A stretch of 64,000 nucleotides of DNA from an uncultured Holophaga sp. GTDB taxonomy: Bacteria > Acidobacteriota > Holophagae > Holophagales > Holophagaceae. Shown piece by piece: positions 50,749 to 60,640 of this stretch. A program made the position numbers and the translations under genes. The notes below the pieces were generated by a model. That model searched no databases. It worked only from the letters and a program-made list of their open reading frames with translations, and was not told the DNA's origin. Position 1 is the first letter of the stretch. Every line of letters starts with the position of its first letter. The stretch is taken from contig OY761614.1 of the NCBI GenBank assembly GCA_963664825.1, positions 1,216,001 through 1,280,000 on the forward strand, given 5' to 3'.

Positions 50749-51639
50749 TCAATCGGTGGCTTCGGGTTCAGTATGGGCCGAAGGGCGCCATGTGCTCAAA
50801 AGCTTCCGAGTAGCCTCTGGAAGCATATAGGATTCCGCAGGTTCCGGGAACCCACCTTCACGGATGTCGCTGGCCCACTTAGACATGGCCTCCACCATCA
50901 AGCCGTACCCATCGAGGTACTTCCGAACAAATTTAGGCCCGGTCCCGGGCAGGATGCCCAGCAGGTCATGGAAGACCAGCACCTGCCCCGAGCAGCCGGC
51001 TCCCGCCCCGATGCCGATGGTGGGGATCTCCAGGATCTCGGTGACCTTGGCGGCCAGTTCGGCTGGAATGCCCTCCAGGAGGAGGCCGAAGCAGCCTGCA
51101 TCCTGGAGCCGCAGGGCATCCTCCAGGAGTTCGAGGGCATGCTGGCCATCCTTGGCCTGCACCCTGTAGCCGCCCATGGCGTTGAGGGATTGGGGCGTGA
51201 GCCCCAGGTGGCCCATCACGGGGATTTCCGCATCCACCAGCGCACGGACCACGGGGACCCGCTTAACGCCGCCCTCCAGCTTCACGCCCTGGGCCCCCAC
51301 TCGGATGAAGGCTCCCGCATTGCGGATCGCGTCTTCTTTTCCCAGGTGGTAGCTAAGATAGGGCATGTCCCCCAGGAGCAGGGCCCTGGGTTGGGTCCGG
51401 GCCACGGCCTCCAGATGGTGCTGCATCATCGCCATGGTGACCGGAAGGGTGCTTTCAAAGCCCAGGCACACGTTCCCGAGGCTATCGCCCACCAGGATCG
51501 AATCGACCCCTGCGGCGTCGGCGATGCGGGCCGTGGGCGCGTCGTAGGCCGTGGTCATCACGATCTTCCGCCCCTGGGCCTTTAACTTCGCCAGTTCCGG
51601 AATCGTCACCTGGGATCTGGACTCGGACGCGTGGCTCAT
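50749..51639 (-). CDS. panB: 3-methyl-2-oxobutanoate hydroxymethyltransferase
   Basis: TAYD, ILVGDSLG, VKLEGG, GHLGLTPQ and IGIGAG; start overlaps the upstream stop. Confidence 0.95.
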   Translation of the reverse strand: MSHASESRSQVTIPELAKLKAQGRKIVMTTAYDAPTARIADAAGVDSILVGDSLGNVCLGFESTLPVTMAMMQHHLEAVARTQPRALLLGDMPYLSYHLGKEDAIRNAGAFIRVGAQGVKLEGGVKRVPVVRALVDAEIPVMGHLGLTPQSLNAMGGYRVQAKDGQHALELLEDALRLQDAGCFGLLLEGIPAELAAKVTEILEIPTIGIGAGAGCSGQVLVFHDLLGILPGTGPKFVRKYLDGYGLMVEAMSKWASDIREGGFPEPAESYMLPEATRKLLSTWRPSAHTEPEATD

Positions 51640-54600
51640 CATTTCCCCCGAACAGCCTTCACCACCGGCAGATTCACCAGGGTGGGAGTCCAGTCTGCCA
51701 GAGGGTCCACCCGCTCGGGGAGGATGAAGCGCAGACCGGCATCTTCCACCGCCTGCCTGAACCGGTGCATATCGGGCCGCCCCAGGAAGGCCATGGAATG
51801 CTCCTCGGGAACCCGGGACCAGAGTTCCTGGAAGGTGCCGTAGGCGTCCTGGAGCCGGGAGCGCGCCCCCAGTTTTTCGTGGCGCTTGAGGAGCAGGGCC
51901 GCGCTCTGGGAACTGGCCTCCAGGGCCACCGCCGGGAAGCGGAGTTCCCGGGCCGCGGCCTGGACCTCGCTCCAGGCCGCAAGGGCCTCCGAGGCCACCG
52001 ATTCGGTGGGTTCCAGGGCCATCATCAGGAGGAGGGCATGGGCCCTGTGCCACTCCATCTCCAGCCACCGGGATCCGGCACCTTCCACAGGGGCCTTCAG
52101 TTCCTCGAGGCGGGCCCAGGCCCCTTCGAGGCGCCCTCCATCCCCCTTCTCCATAGAAAAAGAGGCCTCGGCCTGAACGTGGCGGAGCCGCGCGAAGCGT
52201 TCCCGCCAGACCAGCCCGGCCCCCTCGAAGATCTCCCCAGCGGAACGGAAGAGCCGTATGGCGTCCTCCAAGGCCCCTCGGAAGACCGAGATCTCGCCCT
52301 GGAGGAAGGCGAAGTCCCCACGTTCCGCAGCGGTGAGCCCCTCGGGAGGCATGCTCAGGGCATTCAGGAGCTCCATTTCCGCATCCAGGGCTTCCCCCAG
52401 GGCGGCCAGGGTGCGCGCCTTCCAAACCCGCACCCGGGCTGAACCTACGGAATCGCCGATGGCGTTGAAGCGCTGGAGGGCGCTATCCAGGTGTTGCAGG
52501 GAGGGCGCCAGGTTCTGTTCCAGGCTCCGGAAGCTGCCCAGCAGGAGATGGCACTCCCCCTGCTTCTCTTGATCGTCCAGGAGGCGGGCCATCCGAAGGG
52601 CTTCCCGCAGATGTTCGTAGGCCACATCCGGCTGGCCGAGGGCGAGACGCACCTGGGCCAACACACCGAGCACCTCCACCTGTCTTCCCGGATCCTGACC
52701 GTGCCCCAGGAGACGCTGGGCCGACTGGAGCGAGCCCAAGGCCCTCTGGAATTGGCAGCGCTGCCCTTGGGCGCGCCCCAATTCCAGCAGGAGTGCCACC
52801 CGATCCTGCTGATCTCCCAAGGGGCCTTCGGGCCCCAGGATCTGCAGCCCCTCCTCCAGGGCCTTGACCCCCTTGGAATGGAAGCCCTCCAGCAGATGGA
52901 CCCGGCCCAAGGCCAATCGCAACCGGGCCTGCTCCGGGTGGCCGGGCCATTCCGCGAGCACTTCGGCGGCCGCCTGGATGGCCCCAAGAGCCATGGGGAG
53001 ATTGCGCAGACGGATCTGCAGGAGGGCCCGCTTCCGCATCACCCGCGCCAACTGAGTCCGGAAGGGTTCCTCCCGCTCCAGGCATTCCCCCAGAGCCACT
53101 TCGGCCAGACCCAAGGATTCCAGGGCGAATTCGTACGGAGAGCGCTGGGCCAGCACCTCGGCGGGCACCCGTCCCTCCAGGGTTCCCAGGGTCCAGGCAT
53201 CGGCCAGGAACTCCCAGAGCCGGGCCCGCTGGGCCGGATTCGGATGAAACGCCAGCGTCTGTTGCACCACGAGTTCCGCCTCCAGGGGCGGAGGGGGATC
53301 CTGTTCGATGGCTTGCAGGACGTGAGCCAGGGCGGTCTTCTCGTCGGAGGCCAGGAACTGGAGATGCACCGCCAGCACGGGGCGGCCCGCTTCCTCCTGG
53401 AGGGCCCGGAGAAGGGCCTTGGCCATGCGCCGGGTCTCGGCCTGGGAACTGCCATTCAGGGCCAGGGAGGCTAGGCGGGGGTCCGCCAGGGAGGCCCGTC
53501 CCTCCTTGAGATGGACCAACCGGGCACTGGTGACGGTCCGCAGGGCCTCATCCAGAGGATCGCCCGCGATCCCGAGGGCCATGCCCAAGGTCCTCTGTTC
53601 CAGGGGGCGGTCCACCAAGGCCAGGGCCCGGGTGACGGCCAGCCCCACCGGACCGATGCGCTGGAGGCGGCCCGCCAGGATCTGGACCACCAGGTCTTCG
53701 TGGACCCGAATGGTGCCGGGGTTGCCCTTGGCCAGACGCCAGCCCTGGGGCCCCCAGACCAGGGTTCCATCCAATTGGGCCTTTTCCAGGATCCCCCGCA
53801 GGAGCCCGGGATTGCCGAGGCTGGCCTGGAGGAGATCCCGGGTAAAGGCCTCGGGGAACCCGTGGGGGCCCAGGAGATCCGAGATCACCTCCAGGAGCCC
53901 CGCATCCTCCAGACGATGGAGCGTCATGAAGGAGACCGCCGATTCGCCCTTCAGGGGGCCCAGGAAGCCCCGGAGGGTACCCGGCTGTCCGGTGAGGGTG
54001 AAGAACCAGGGGAGGGAAGAACCCAGGGCCAGTGCGGAGAGAATCCGCTGTAGATCCCCGTCCCCTCGATCCACATCCCTCACGAAGAGCATGCGCGGAT
54101 GCAGCTCGGCGGCGAAGATCAGGACCTGGAGAGCGGCCTCGATCTCCTCGGCATCCACCGGGGTCTCTTCGCAGGAGGCCTTCCGCCCTCCCCGCAGGAA
54201 GGCGAAGGTGGACAGGCGCCGGGCCAGGATCCGGGAGGCCTCCGCGTGGTCGGCATAGAAATCGGCCTCCAGGCCCCGCAGGAGATCCAGGAGCATGCGG
54301 GCGAGAAAACAGCCCGCCTTCTCCTGGTGTTGCACCTCAAAGGCCGCCACCCAGAGGCCCTCGGTCTCCACGGCTGCGGCGGCCCAATGGGCCAGGGAAT
54401 CCTGGCCGAGACCCTCCTCGCCCTGGAGCACTAGGATGCGTTCCCTGGGGCCCGGGGCGCCCAGGCCGAAGACCAGGGACTTGAGATAGGTGAGTTCCTG
54501 GGAGCGACCCCGGATGGGGCGGGCCACATCATCGGAGATCCCGGGGGCCTCCTCCCAGGGACGCTCCCCCTCCTGGAGGCCCGATCCCCCCAATGCGTCC

Positions 54601-55076
54601 AGGGCCGTCTTCAGGTCCTCCAGACCAAAGGGGGCTTCCCCCAGCACCCGAGGAATCAGGGTGCGACCGGGCAGGAACCTCAGGGCGGCAGGGGAGAGGA
54701 AACGAGGGTGGCTGCTGCCCCGGAGGAGACCCTTCACGTGATCCAGGAAGGCCGCTCGATACGAGAGACCCGATTCTGGCCAACACTCCCCCAATTCCCG
54801 CCCCGGCAGTGCCTGGAGGAACCAGGCGCGGTCGGCGTCGAAACCGAAGCTGCAGGAAACCGGATCCAGGGGCTCCGCATCGAGGAATCGCTGAAGATAT
54901 ATTTCCCGGAGCTTGTCGAGTTCCCGATCGCTGGGCCTGGGGGTCCAGAGCTGGAGGAGCAGGGAGTCCCCACCCTCCTCGGCCCGCACCAGTTGCCAGG
55001 AGCATCCCCGCCCCGTGCCCCCCAGATCCGATACGAGACAGTAGGCGCGACCGCCCAGTAGCAGGTTCCGACTCAC
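51639..55076 (-). CDS. Large protein: degenerate kinase-like N-terminus, degenerate STAND/AAA ATPase, TPR repeats
   Basis: IRGRSQEL, LQGEEGLGQD (Walker A-like), LFVRDVDRGD (Walker B-like), LGNPGLL (GxP), then TPR-like helices. Confidence 0.7.
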   Translation of the reverse strand: MSRNLLLGGRAYCLVSDLGGTGRGCSWQLVRAEEGGDSLLLQLWTPRPSDRELDKLREIYLQRFLDAEPLDPVSCSFGFDADRAWFLQALPGRELGECWPESGLSYRAAFLDHVKGLLRGSSHPRFLSPAALRFLPGRTLIPRVLGEAPFGLEDLKTALDALGGSGLQEGERPWEEAPGISDDVARPIRGRSQELTYLKSLVFGLGAPGPRERILVLQGEEGLGQDSLAHWAAAAVETEGLWVAAFEVQHQEKAGCFLARMLLDLLRGLEADFYADHAEASRILARRLSTFAFLRGGRKASCEETPVDAEEIEAALQVLIFAAELHPRMLFVRDVDRGDGDLQRILSALALGSSLPWFFTLTGQPGTLRGFLGPLKGESAVSFMTLHRLEDAGLLEVISDLLGPHGFPEAFTRDLLQASLGNPGLLRGILEKAQLDGTLVWGPQGWRLAKGNPGTIRVHEDLVVQILAGRLQRIGPVGLAVTRALALVDRPLEQRTLGMALGIAGDPLDEALRTVTSARLVHLKEGRASLADPRLASLALNGSSQAETRRMAKALLRALQEEAGRPVLAVHLQFLASDEKTALAHVLQAIEQDPPPPLEAELVVQQTLAFHPNPAQRARLWEFLADAWTLGTLEGRVPAEVLAQRSPYEFALESLGLAEVALGECLEREEPFRTQLARVMRKRALLQIRLRNLPMALGAIQAAAEVLAEWPGHPEQARLRLALGRVHLLEGFHSKGVKALEEGLQILGPEGPLGDQQDRVALLLELGRAQGQRCQFQRALGSLQSAQRLLGHGQDPGRQVEVLGVLAQVRLALGQPDVAYEHLREALRMARLLDDQEKQGECHLLLGSFRSLEQNLAPSLQHLDSALQRFNAIGDSVGSARVRVWKARTLAALGEALDAEMELLNALSMPPEGLTAAERGDFAFLQGEISVFRGALEDAIRLFRSAGEIFEGAGLVWRERFARLRHVQAEASFSMEKGDGGRLEGAWARLEELKAPVEGAGSRWLEMEWHRAHALLLMMALEPTESVASEALAAWSEVQAAARELRFPAVALEASSQSAALLLKRHEKLGARSRLQDAYGTFQELWSRVPEEHSMAFLGRPDMHRFRQAVEDAGLRFILPERVDPLADWTPTLVNLPVVKAVRGK

Positions 55077-55288
55077 AGGCCGACCCCTGAAGCCGGTTTG
55101 ACTTCGAACCTGAATTCCGCTGGAAACATGGGGGGAAGTCTACCAGAGGCCCTCCGCAATCCGATTCTTCCCTTCCTCTACCCGTTCACCGGAAACGGCG
55201 TTCCACTGACCGGAGGCCAGGTGTGTGCCGCCCTAGGCAGGTCATCATGGTGGAAGGCATTTCCCCATCTCAACCCATCCGGTGATCC

Positions 55289-56575
55289 ATGCGCCCAGCC
55301 TCCTTCCTCCTGCCCGGTTTGCTCCTCCCCGCCCTGGTGGCCTCCGCTCCGGAATCCCTCACGCCCCTCCAGCGCAAACAGTTCTCGGAATCCTTCGAAC
55401 GCGTGTGGACTACGGTCCTCGAGCGGCATTGGGACCCCAAACTGGGTGGGCTGGATTGGCAGGGGGTCCATGACGAGCTGAAGCCTCGACTCGACAGGGC
55501 CGAGACCGCTGACAAAGCCCGGGCCATCATCTCCGAGATGCTCTCCCGGCTGGGGCAGAGCCACTTCGGGATCCTGCCCGCAGAGGTCTACTCCGAGCTG
55601 CACGCGGGTCAGAAGGGCGGATGCGCGCCGGGCCTCGATGTGAGGGTGATCGGGGGCAAGGCCCTTGTCACAGGGGTTCAACCCGAAACCTCAGCGGCCC
55701 GGGCGGGCGTGAAGCCCGGCTGGGAAGTGGTCCGGGTGGACGGGAAACCCTGCGAGCCCACCCTTCAGAGGATCGCGGAGCGCTTCAAGGCCTCCACGGA
55801 GCTCGATCTCATGTCCAGTCGCGCCGTGCTCGCCCTCCTGGATGGGGGCGTTGGCACGGAGGCGGAGGTCGCCTTCAACCGGGGCGGCGCCGATATCTTG
55901 ACCCTGAAGTTGCGCCGGGAGCCGCCCAGGGGAAGGGCCATCACCTTCGGCAACCTGCCCTCCATGCCCTTCTGGGTGGTGGCACGGCCCCTCCCTGGAG
56001 GTGTCCGCTACCTCAGCTTCAACGCCTGGTTCGAGCCCGAGACCCTCCAGAGCGCCTTCCAGGCCTCCATGGCAGACCAGGCACACTGCCAGGGCTTCGT
56101 CCTGGATCTGCGGGGCAACCCCGGCGGCCTGGGCGGCATGGCCATGGGTGCCGCCGGATGGTTCGCCACCACCCCCAGCCAGAAGCTGGGCACCATGATC
56201 CTGAGGGGCTCCAGCCTGAATTTCGTCGTCTTCCCCAGGCCCCACAGTTTCAAGGGGCCCCTGGCGATCCTGGTGGACGGGTGCTCGGCCTCCACTTCCG
56301 AAATCTTTGCCGGTGGCATGCAGGACGCGAAGCGGGCCCGCATCTTCGGCACGCGCACGGCGGGCGCCGCCCTTCCCTCTATGTTCGAGCGCCTGCCCAA
56401 CGGGGACGGCTTCCAATACGCCATCGCCAATTACATCTCCGACGGTGGTCAGGCCCTGGAGGGGCGAGGGGTCATCCCGGATCAGGAGGTGCGCCCTTCC
56501 CAGGCTGAACTCCTGGCGGGCAAGGATCCGGTTCTGGACCAGGCCCTCGCCTGGATCCAGCGCGGGTCCCGCTGA
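55289..56575 (+). CDS. S41 family peptidase (PDZ plus tail-specific protease)
   Basis: Signal peptide, LDLRGNPGG, SASTSEIFA, GTRTAG and GVIPD. Confidence 0.9.
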   Translation: MRPASFLLPGLLLPALVASAPESLTPLQRKQFSESFERVWTTVLERHWDPKLGGLDWQGVHDELKPRLDRAETADKARAIISEMLSRLGQSHFGILPAEVYSELHAGQKGGCAPGLDVRVIGGKALVTGVQPETSAARAGVKPGWEVVRVDGKPCEPTLQRIAERFKASTELDLMSSRAVLALLDGGVGTEAEVAFNRGGADILTLKLRREPPRGRAITFGNLPSMPFWVVARPLPGGVRYLSFNAWFEPETLQSAFQASMADQAHCQGFVLDLRGNPGGLGGMAMGAAGWFATTPSQKLGTMILRGSSLNFVVFPRPHSFKGPLAILVDGCSASTSEIFAGGMQDAKRARIFGTRTAGAALPSMFERLPNGDGFQYAIANYISDGGQALEGRGVIPDQEVRPSQAELLAGKDPVLDQALAWIQRGSR

Positions 56576-56654
56576 ACCCTCACCACAAAACACCCCTGTA
56601 GGTCCACAGTCAGCAAGTATGCTGAATTTTCGTCGCGATTTCCAAGGAGAGAAG

Positions 56655-57401
56655 ATGTTCCAGTTCCGGTCCCCCTTCGCACTCAGCGCCATCCTCATGA
56701 TGGGCCCCGTTCTGGCCGCCCAGCAGCTCCCCAAGGCCGAGATCATCCTGGACAAATTCGTCCAGGTCACGGGAGGCCGCGCGGCCTACGCCCAGCAGCA
56801 CTCGGCCATCATCAAGGGGACCATGGAGATCGGGGGCATGGGCCTGAAGGGCACCCTGATCAACTACCGGGCCGAACCCAACCTGAGCTATTCCGAGATC
56901 GATCTGGCGGGCCTTGGCAAGATGCAGGAAGGCTTCGACGGCAAGGTGGCCTGGGCCTTCAACGCAATGCAGGGCCCCCAGGTCAAGACCGGCGACGAGA
57001 AGGCCGCCGCGGCCCGGGAAGCGCGCTTCCATGGCGAAAACTGGAAGGAGGACTTCCAGCAGGTGCAGACCCTCGGCGTCGAGGCCGTGGAGGGCAAGCC
57101 CTGCTACAAGGTCCAGATGACCCCCCATACGGGTTCCCCCAGCATCAACTTCTACGATCAGCAGAGCGGACTCCTACTCAAGAGCGTGGTCACCCTCAAG
57201 ACCGCCATGGGCGAGATCACGGCCGAATCCCTCCCCAGCGATTACCGCAAGGCCGGCAGCGTGCTCATCCCCTTCAAGGTGATTCAGAAGGTGGCCGGCC
57301 AGGTGATCACCATGACCTTCACCAGCATGGAAAACAATGTCCCCATCCCCAAGGGCACCTTCGAACTCCCCGCGGAGATCAAGGCACTCCTGGGGAAATA
57401 G
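56655..57401 (+). CDS. Secreted hypothetical protein (LolA-like/lipoprotein-sorting fold candidate)
   Basis: AAGGAG SD, signal peptide, ILDKFVQVTGG, GFDGKVAW, SDYR...IPF. Confidence 0.7.
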   Translation: MFQFRSPFALSAILMMGPVLAAQQLPKAEIILDKFVQVTGGRAAYAQQHSAIIKGTMEIGGMGLKGTLINYRAEPNLSYSEIDLAGLGKMQEGFDGKVAWAFNAMQGPQVKTGDEKAAAAREARFHGENWKEDFQQVQTLGVEAVEGKPCYKVQMTPHTGSPSINFYDQQSGLLLKSVVTLKTAMGEITAESLPSDYRKAGSVLIPFKVIQKVAGQVITMTFTSMENNVPIPKGTFELPAEIKALLGK

Positions 57402-57525
57402 CCCTAGGGAGCCGATCGATGAATGACATCTGTCCATTCCGCACCCGAACCCTGACCATCTTCATGCACTGGAAACGCAGACCCGCGCCCGACGCCTGAG
57501 AATGCCGTCGGGCCAAGCCCGAATA

Positions 57526-57571
57526 GTGAACACGAGACGCGGAACCATCAGGTTCCGCGTCTCGTGTTCAC
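57526..57571. repeat. Perfect 21-bp inverted repeat between convergent genes
   Basis: gtgaacacgagacgcggaacc-atca-ggttccgcgtctcgtgttcac. Confidence 0.9.
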
Positions 57572-58176
57572 GGCATGCCCAGCCAGCTCTGCAGGAGACC
57601 CAGCCTGGCCACCAGCTCGGAGAAGCGCTCCACGGGGAAACCCATCACCGTCGAGAAGCTGCCCTCGATGCGCTCGATGAAAAGCGCCGCGATGCCCTGG
57701 GCGGCGTAGGCTCCGGCCTTGTCCATGGGTTCGCCCGTGCCCGCGTACCAGCGCATGCGCGCCTCGCTCACCCGGCGGAGAAAGACTTCGGAGGTGTCCA
57801 CGAGACTATGGATCTCGTCATCCTTTCGCAGGCAGAGGCCCGTATGCACCTCGTGGCGCCTCCCCTGGAGGAGTCCCAGCATCCGGGCGGCATCGGCCTC
57901 GTCGACGGGTTTACCCAGTACATGGTGATCCACGGCCACCGTGGTATCGGCCGCGATGACCCAGCGCCCGGGATTGACCCCGGAGACGACCTCGGCCTTG
58001 GCGCGAGCCAAGCGCTCCACCATGAGCGCGGGATCCTCGTCGGGCAGGGGCGATTCGTCCACCTCCGGGGCACAGATCTCGAAGGGAATCTGGAGGGCCT
58101 CCAGCCATTGGCGCCGCCGAGGAGAGGCCGAGGCCAGGATGGGGGGAAGGAGCATGAGCGTGTGGTCTTCGATCAT
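57568..58176 (-). CDS. maf: Maf family nucleoside triphosphate pyrophosphatase
   Basis: ILASASPRR, IAADT, LGKP, EPMDKAGAY and VMGFP. Confidence 0.92.
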   Translation of the reverse strand: MIEDHTLMLLPPILASASPRRRQWLEALQIPFEICAPEVDESPLPDEDPALMVERLARAKAEVVSGVNPGRWVIAADTTVAVDHHVLGKPVDEADAARMLGLLQGRRHEVHTGLCLRKDDEIHSLVDTSEVFLRRVSEARMRWYAGTGEPMDKAGAYAAQGIAALFIERIEGSFSTVMGFPVERFSELVARLGLLQSWLGMP

Positions 58177-59672
58177 CGGGGGGCAACCTTCCTTCTCGCG
58201 CACGTCAGGGTCGCAATGCCAAGGCCCACCAGCAGAACCCAGATGGCCAGGGGGCTCCGGGCCGGTGTCCAGCGGGGACGCCAGACGAGGGAGAAAGCAT
58301 AGACCCCCTCGCTGCGAGGTCCGCCCCAGAGGACCCAGGAACCGTCCTCCCGGAAGACCCCTGATTTGCCTGTGAGGGTGGCCCGCAACAGGGGCACACC
58401 GGCCTCCACCGCCCGCAGACGGATCTGGGCGGCGTGCAGATCGGTGGCGATGCTCTTCTCGAACCAGCCATCGTTGGTGTGATTGCTGAGCAGATCGGCC
58501 CCAGCGATTTCCACGCCCCTGGCCGCCCGCAGGGGAATGAGCGCCTCGCTGCAGATGAGCGGGTGGACCCGCAATTCCCCCGTGGGCGTCGGCATAGAAA
58601 AACTGCTACGAGCGCTCAGGACACCGGGTTCCTGGGACATGCGGTCCAGGAGGTGGTCCAGGGCGTGGCGAAGAGGCGCGGGCCCCGGCATGCGCTCGCC
58701 GAAGGGCATGGGCTCCACCTTGGCCTGGAGGAAGGACTGCCGCCCGGCCACCTCGCCCCGCAGCAGGTTATAGGCCCCCCCCTCGGTCCCGAAGAGCCAC
58801 GCCACACTCCGGCGCTGGGCCTCGTCCTGCATGCGCAGGCTGGGACGCAGATCATCCCGGCCCAGCACCGAACTCTCCGGCCAGAGGACCAGGGTGGCCA
58901 CTCCCAGATGGGGCAGGTGCTCCCTGGCAAGGGCTGCGTCCGTGCGGGCCCACATCTCGGCCTCCATGCCCGGGACCCGGAGGCCGGGTTCGAAATTGGG
59001 CTGCACCATCACCACATCCAGGCCTCGTTCCGCACTCCTGGGCAGCAGGAACCAGGCCGCCGATAGCAGGACCGGCAGGGCCAGCCAAGTCAGGGGCACG
59101 CGCAGGGCCTTCTTGGTGGAACCTTGGGAAAGCCACGCGGCGAAGAGCGCGCCACATCCCCAGCACCAGGCTGAAAGTCCATGGGCGCCCAGGAAGGCGG
59201 CGCTCCGGGCCATCCAGGGCAGGCCTCCCAGGGCCGCGCCCCAATTCCAGGGATAGACATGGAAGATCAGGATCTCCCAGAACGCCACGCCGAAGGCGGC
59301 CGCCAGTGCGCCCGCCCAGGGACCCGAGCGGCGGAAGGCGTAGCGGGCCAGCAGCAGGACGCCCAGATAGCCCAGGGCCTCCCAGGCCATGAGCAGGAGG
59401 GAGGCCCCGAGCGCCATCGGATAGGGCATTGGACCCTGGATCTCCAGGGTGCCGGGCACCCAGTGGAAGAGCATGGCGAACCCGGCCAGCAGGGCCCCAT
59501 AGAGCCATCCCGGGTGGCGGCCCTTGAACAGGGCGTCGAAGATCAGGGCCGGGAAGAGGAAGGCCAGGGCGGCCTCTGCGAAGCCCCAACCCGAGGCCGC
59601 CGGGAAACGGAACGTGAGGGCGAAGAGGGCCCCCAGGATCAAGGCCTCCAAACTGCGGCGCAGGATGGTCAT
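58173..59672 (-). CDS. lnt: Apolipoprotein N-acyltransferase
   Basis: TM domain, VQPN, WPESS, PFGE, ICSE and TNDGWF. Confidence 0.88.
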   Translation of the reverse strand: MTILRRSLEALILGALFALTFRFPAASGWGFAEAALAFLFPALIFDALFKGRHPGWLYGALLAGFAMLFHWVPGTLEIQGPMPYPMALGASLLLMAWEALGYLGVLLLARYAFRRSGPWAGALAAAFGVAFWEILIFHVYPWNWGAALGGLPWMARSAAFLGAHGLSAWCWGCGALFAAWLSQGSTKKALRVPLTWLALPVLLSAAWFLLPRSAERGLDVVMVQPNFEPGLRVPGMEAEMWARTDAALAREHLPHLGVATLVLWPESSVLGRDDLRPSLRMQDEAQRRSVAWLFGTEGGAYNLLRGEVAGRQSFLQAKVEPMPFGERMPGPAPLRHALDHLLDRMSQEPGVLSARSSFSMPTPTGELRVHPLICSEALIPLRAARGVEIAGADLLSNHTNDGWFEKSIATDLHAAQIRLRAVEAGVPLLRATLTGKSGVFREDGSWVLWGGPRSEGVYAFSLVWRPRWTPARSPLAIWVLLVGLGIATLTCARRKVAPR

Positions 59673-60436
59673 GGGCGGGGGCTCCGGGAGGCTTCATAGC
59701 AGGCGATACCCGCAGCCACGGCGGCGTTCAGGCTCTCCATGCCCTGGATGGGGATGGCCAGGAATTTCACCGTCGGCGGCAGTTCGGTCTCCCGCCATCC
59801 ATGGCCCTCGTTGCCCACGAGGATCCGCAGGGGCACACGGAGATCGGCCTCATTCAGGAGCCCGGCCCCGGGAGCTCCGTGCAGGGCATACCAGCGCCCC
59901 TCGTCCAGGGGCAATGGATCGCAGCGGCGCAGAGGCAGCAGGAAGGCCGCGCCCATGGAACCCCGCAGGGCCTTGGGGCTGAAGGGATCGGCGCACCCTG
60001 GACCCAGCAGGGCCTCCTGGAAGCCGAAGGCCGCCGCGCTGCGGAGCACCGCTCCCAGGTTGCCCGGATCCTGGATGGCCCAGGGCACGATGACCCGATC
60101 CCCCAGGGGACCCGTGGGTTCGGGCCCCAGTTCCATCAGGAGAGCGTAGGCGGGCGGACTGCCGGCCTCGCTCAAATCCCGCATTAGGCCTTCCCCCAGC
60201 AGGAGGACTTCGGTGCCCAGCTCCTCCTCCAGGGGATGGGGCTCGGCTCCCTCCAGGCGCATCCAGAGGACCGGGCGCAGACGCGCTCCCGCGGGGCTCT
60301 TGCGAGCGTCGTGCCAGGCCTCGATGAGCTTTTCCCCCAATAGCAGCGTATGGGTTCGCTTGGTCCCTCCCGGGGAGACCTGGGCGCGAAGGGCCTTGAA
60401 ACGTGGGTTGGCACGGCTGGTGAGGAGCTGGGGCAT
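59669..60436 (-). CDS. TrmH/SpoU family RNA methyltransferase
   Basis: QDPGNLGAVLRSA, KALRGSMGA, GNEGHG and ESLNAAVA. Confidence 0.9.
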   Translation of the reverse strand: MPQLLTSRANPRFKALRAQVSPGGTKRTHTLLLGEKLIEAWHDARKSPAGARLRPVLWMRLEGAEPHPLEEELGTEVLLLGEGLMRDLSEAGSPPAYALLMELGPEPTGPLGDRVIVPWAIQDPGNLGAVLRSAAAFGFQEALLGPGCADPFSPKALRGSMGAAFLLPLRRCDPLPLDEGRWYALHGAPGAGLLNEADLRVPLRILVGNEGHGWRETELPPTVKFLAIPIQGMESLNAAVAAGIACYEASRSPRP

Positions 60437-60640
60437 ATCCATGGATCCAGGGTAGAGCGTAGTCACGAGAGAATCTTTCCCTTTTAGGGTCTGGCCGGGG
60501 GATAGGGCACCGATCATGTCTCCAGGTGGCGAAAGGGGTTTGAAAGTCAAAGCTCTGGGGAGACAATGAAAGTCTGCTTTTGAAACAGCCCGGCCCGAGT
60601 CGGACATCTATTGTGCCATCCACTCTTTAGGGGGATCTGC

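Noticed and set aside
50749..52425. 558-aa extended PanB from the ORF track
   Set aside because: The extension overlaps the upstream gene in another frame; the real start is at 51639 or 51642
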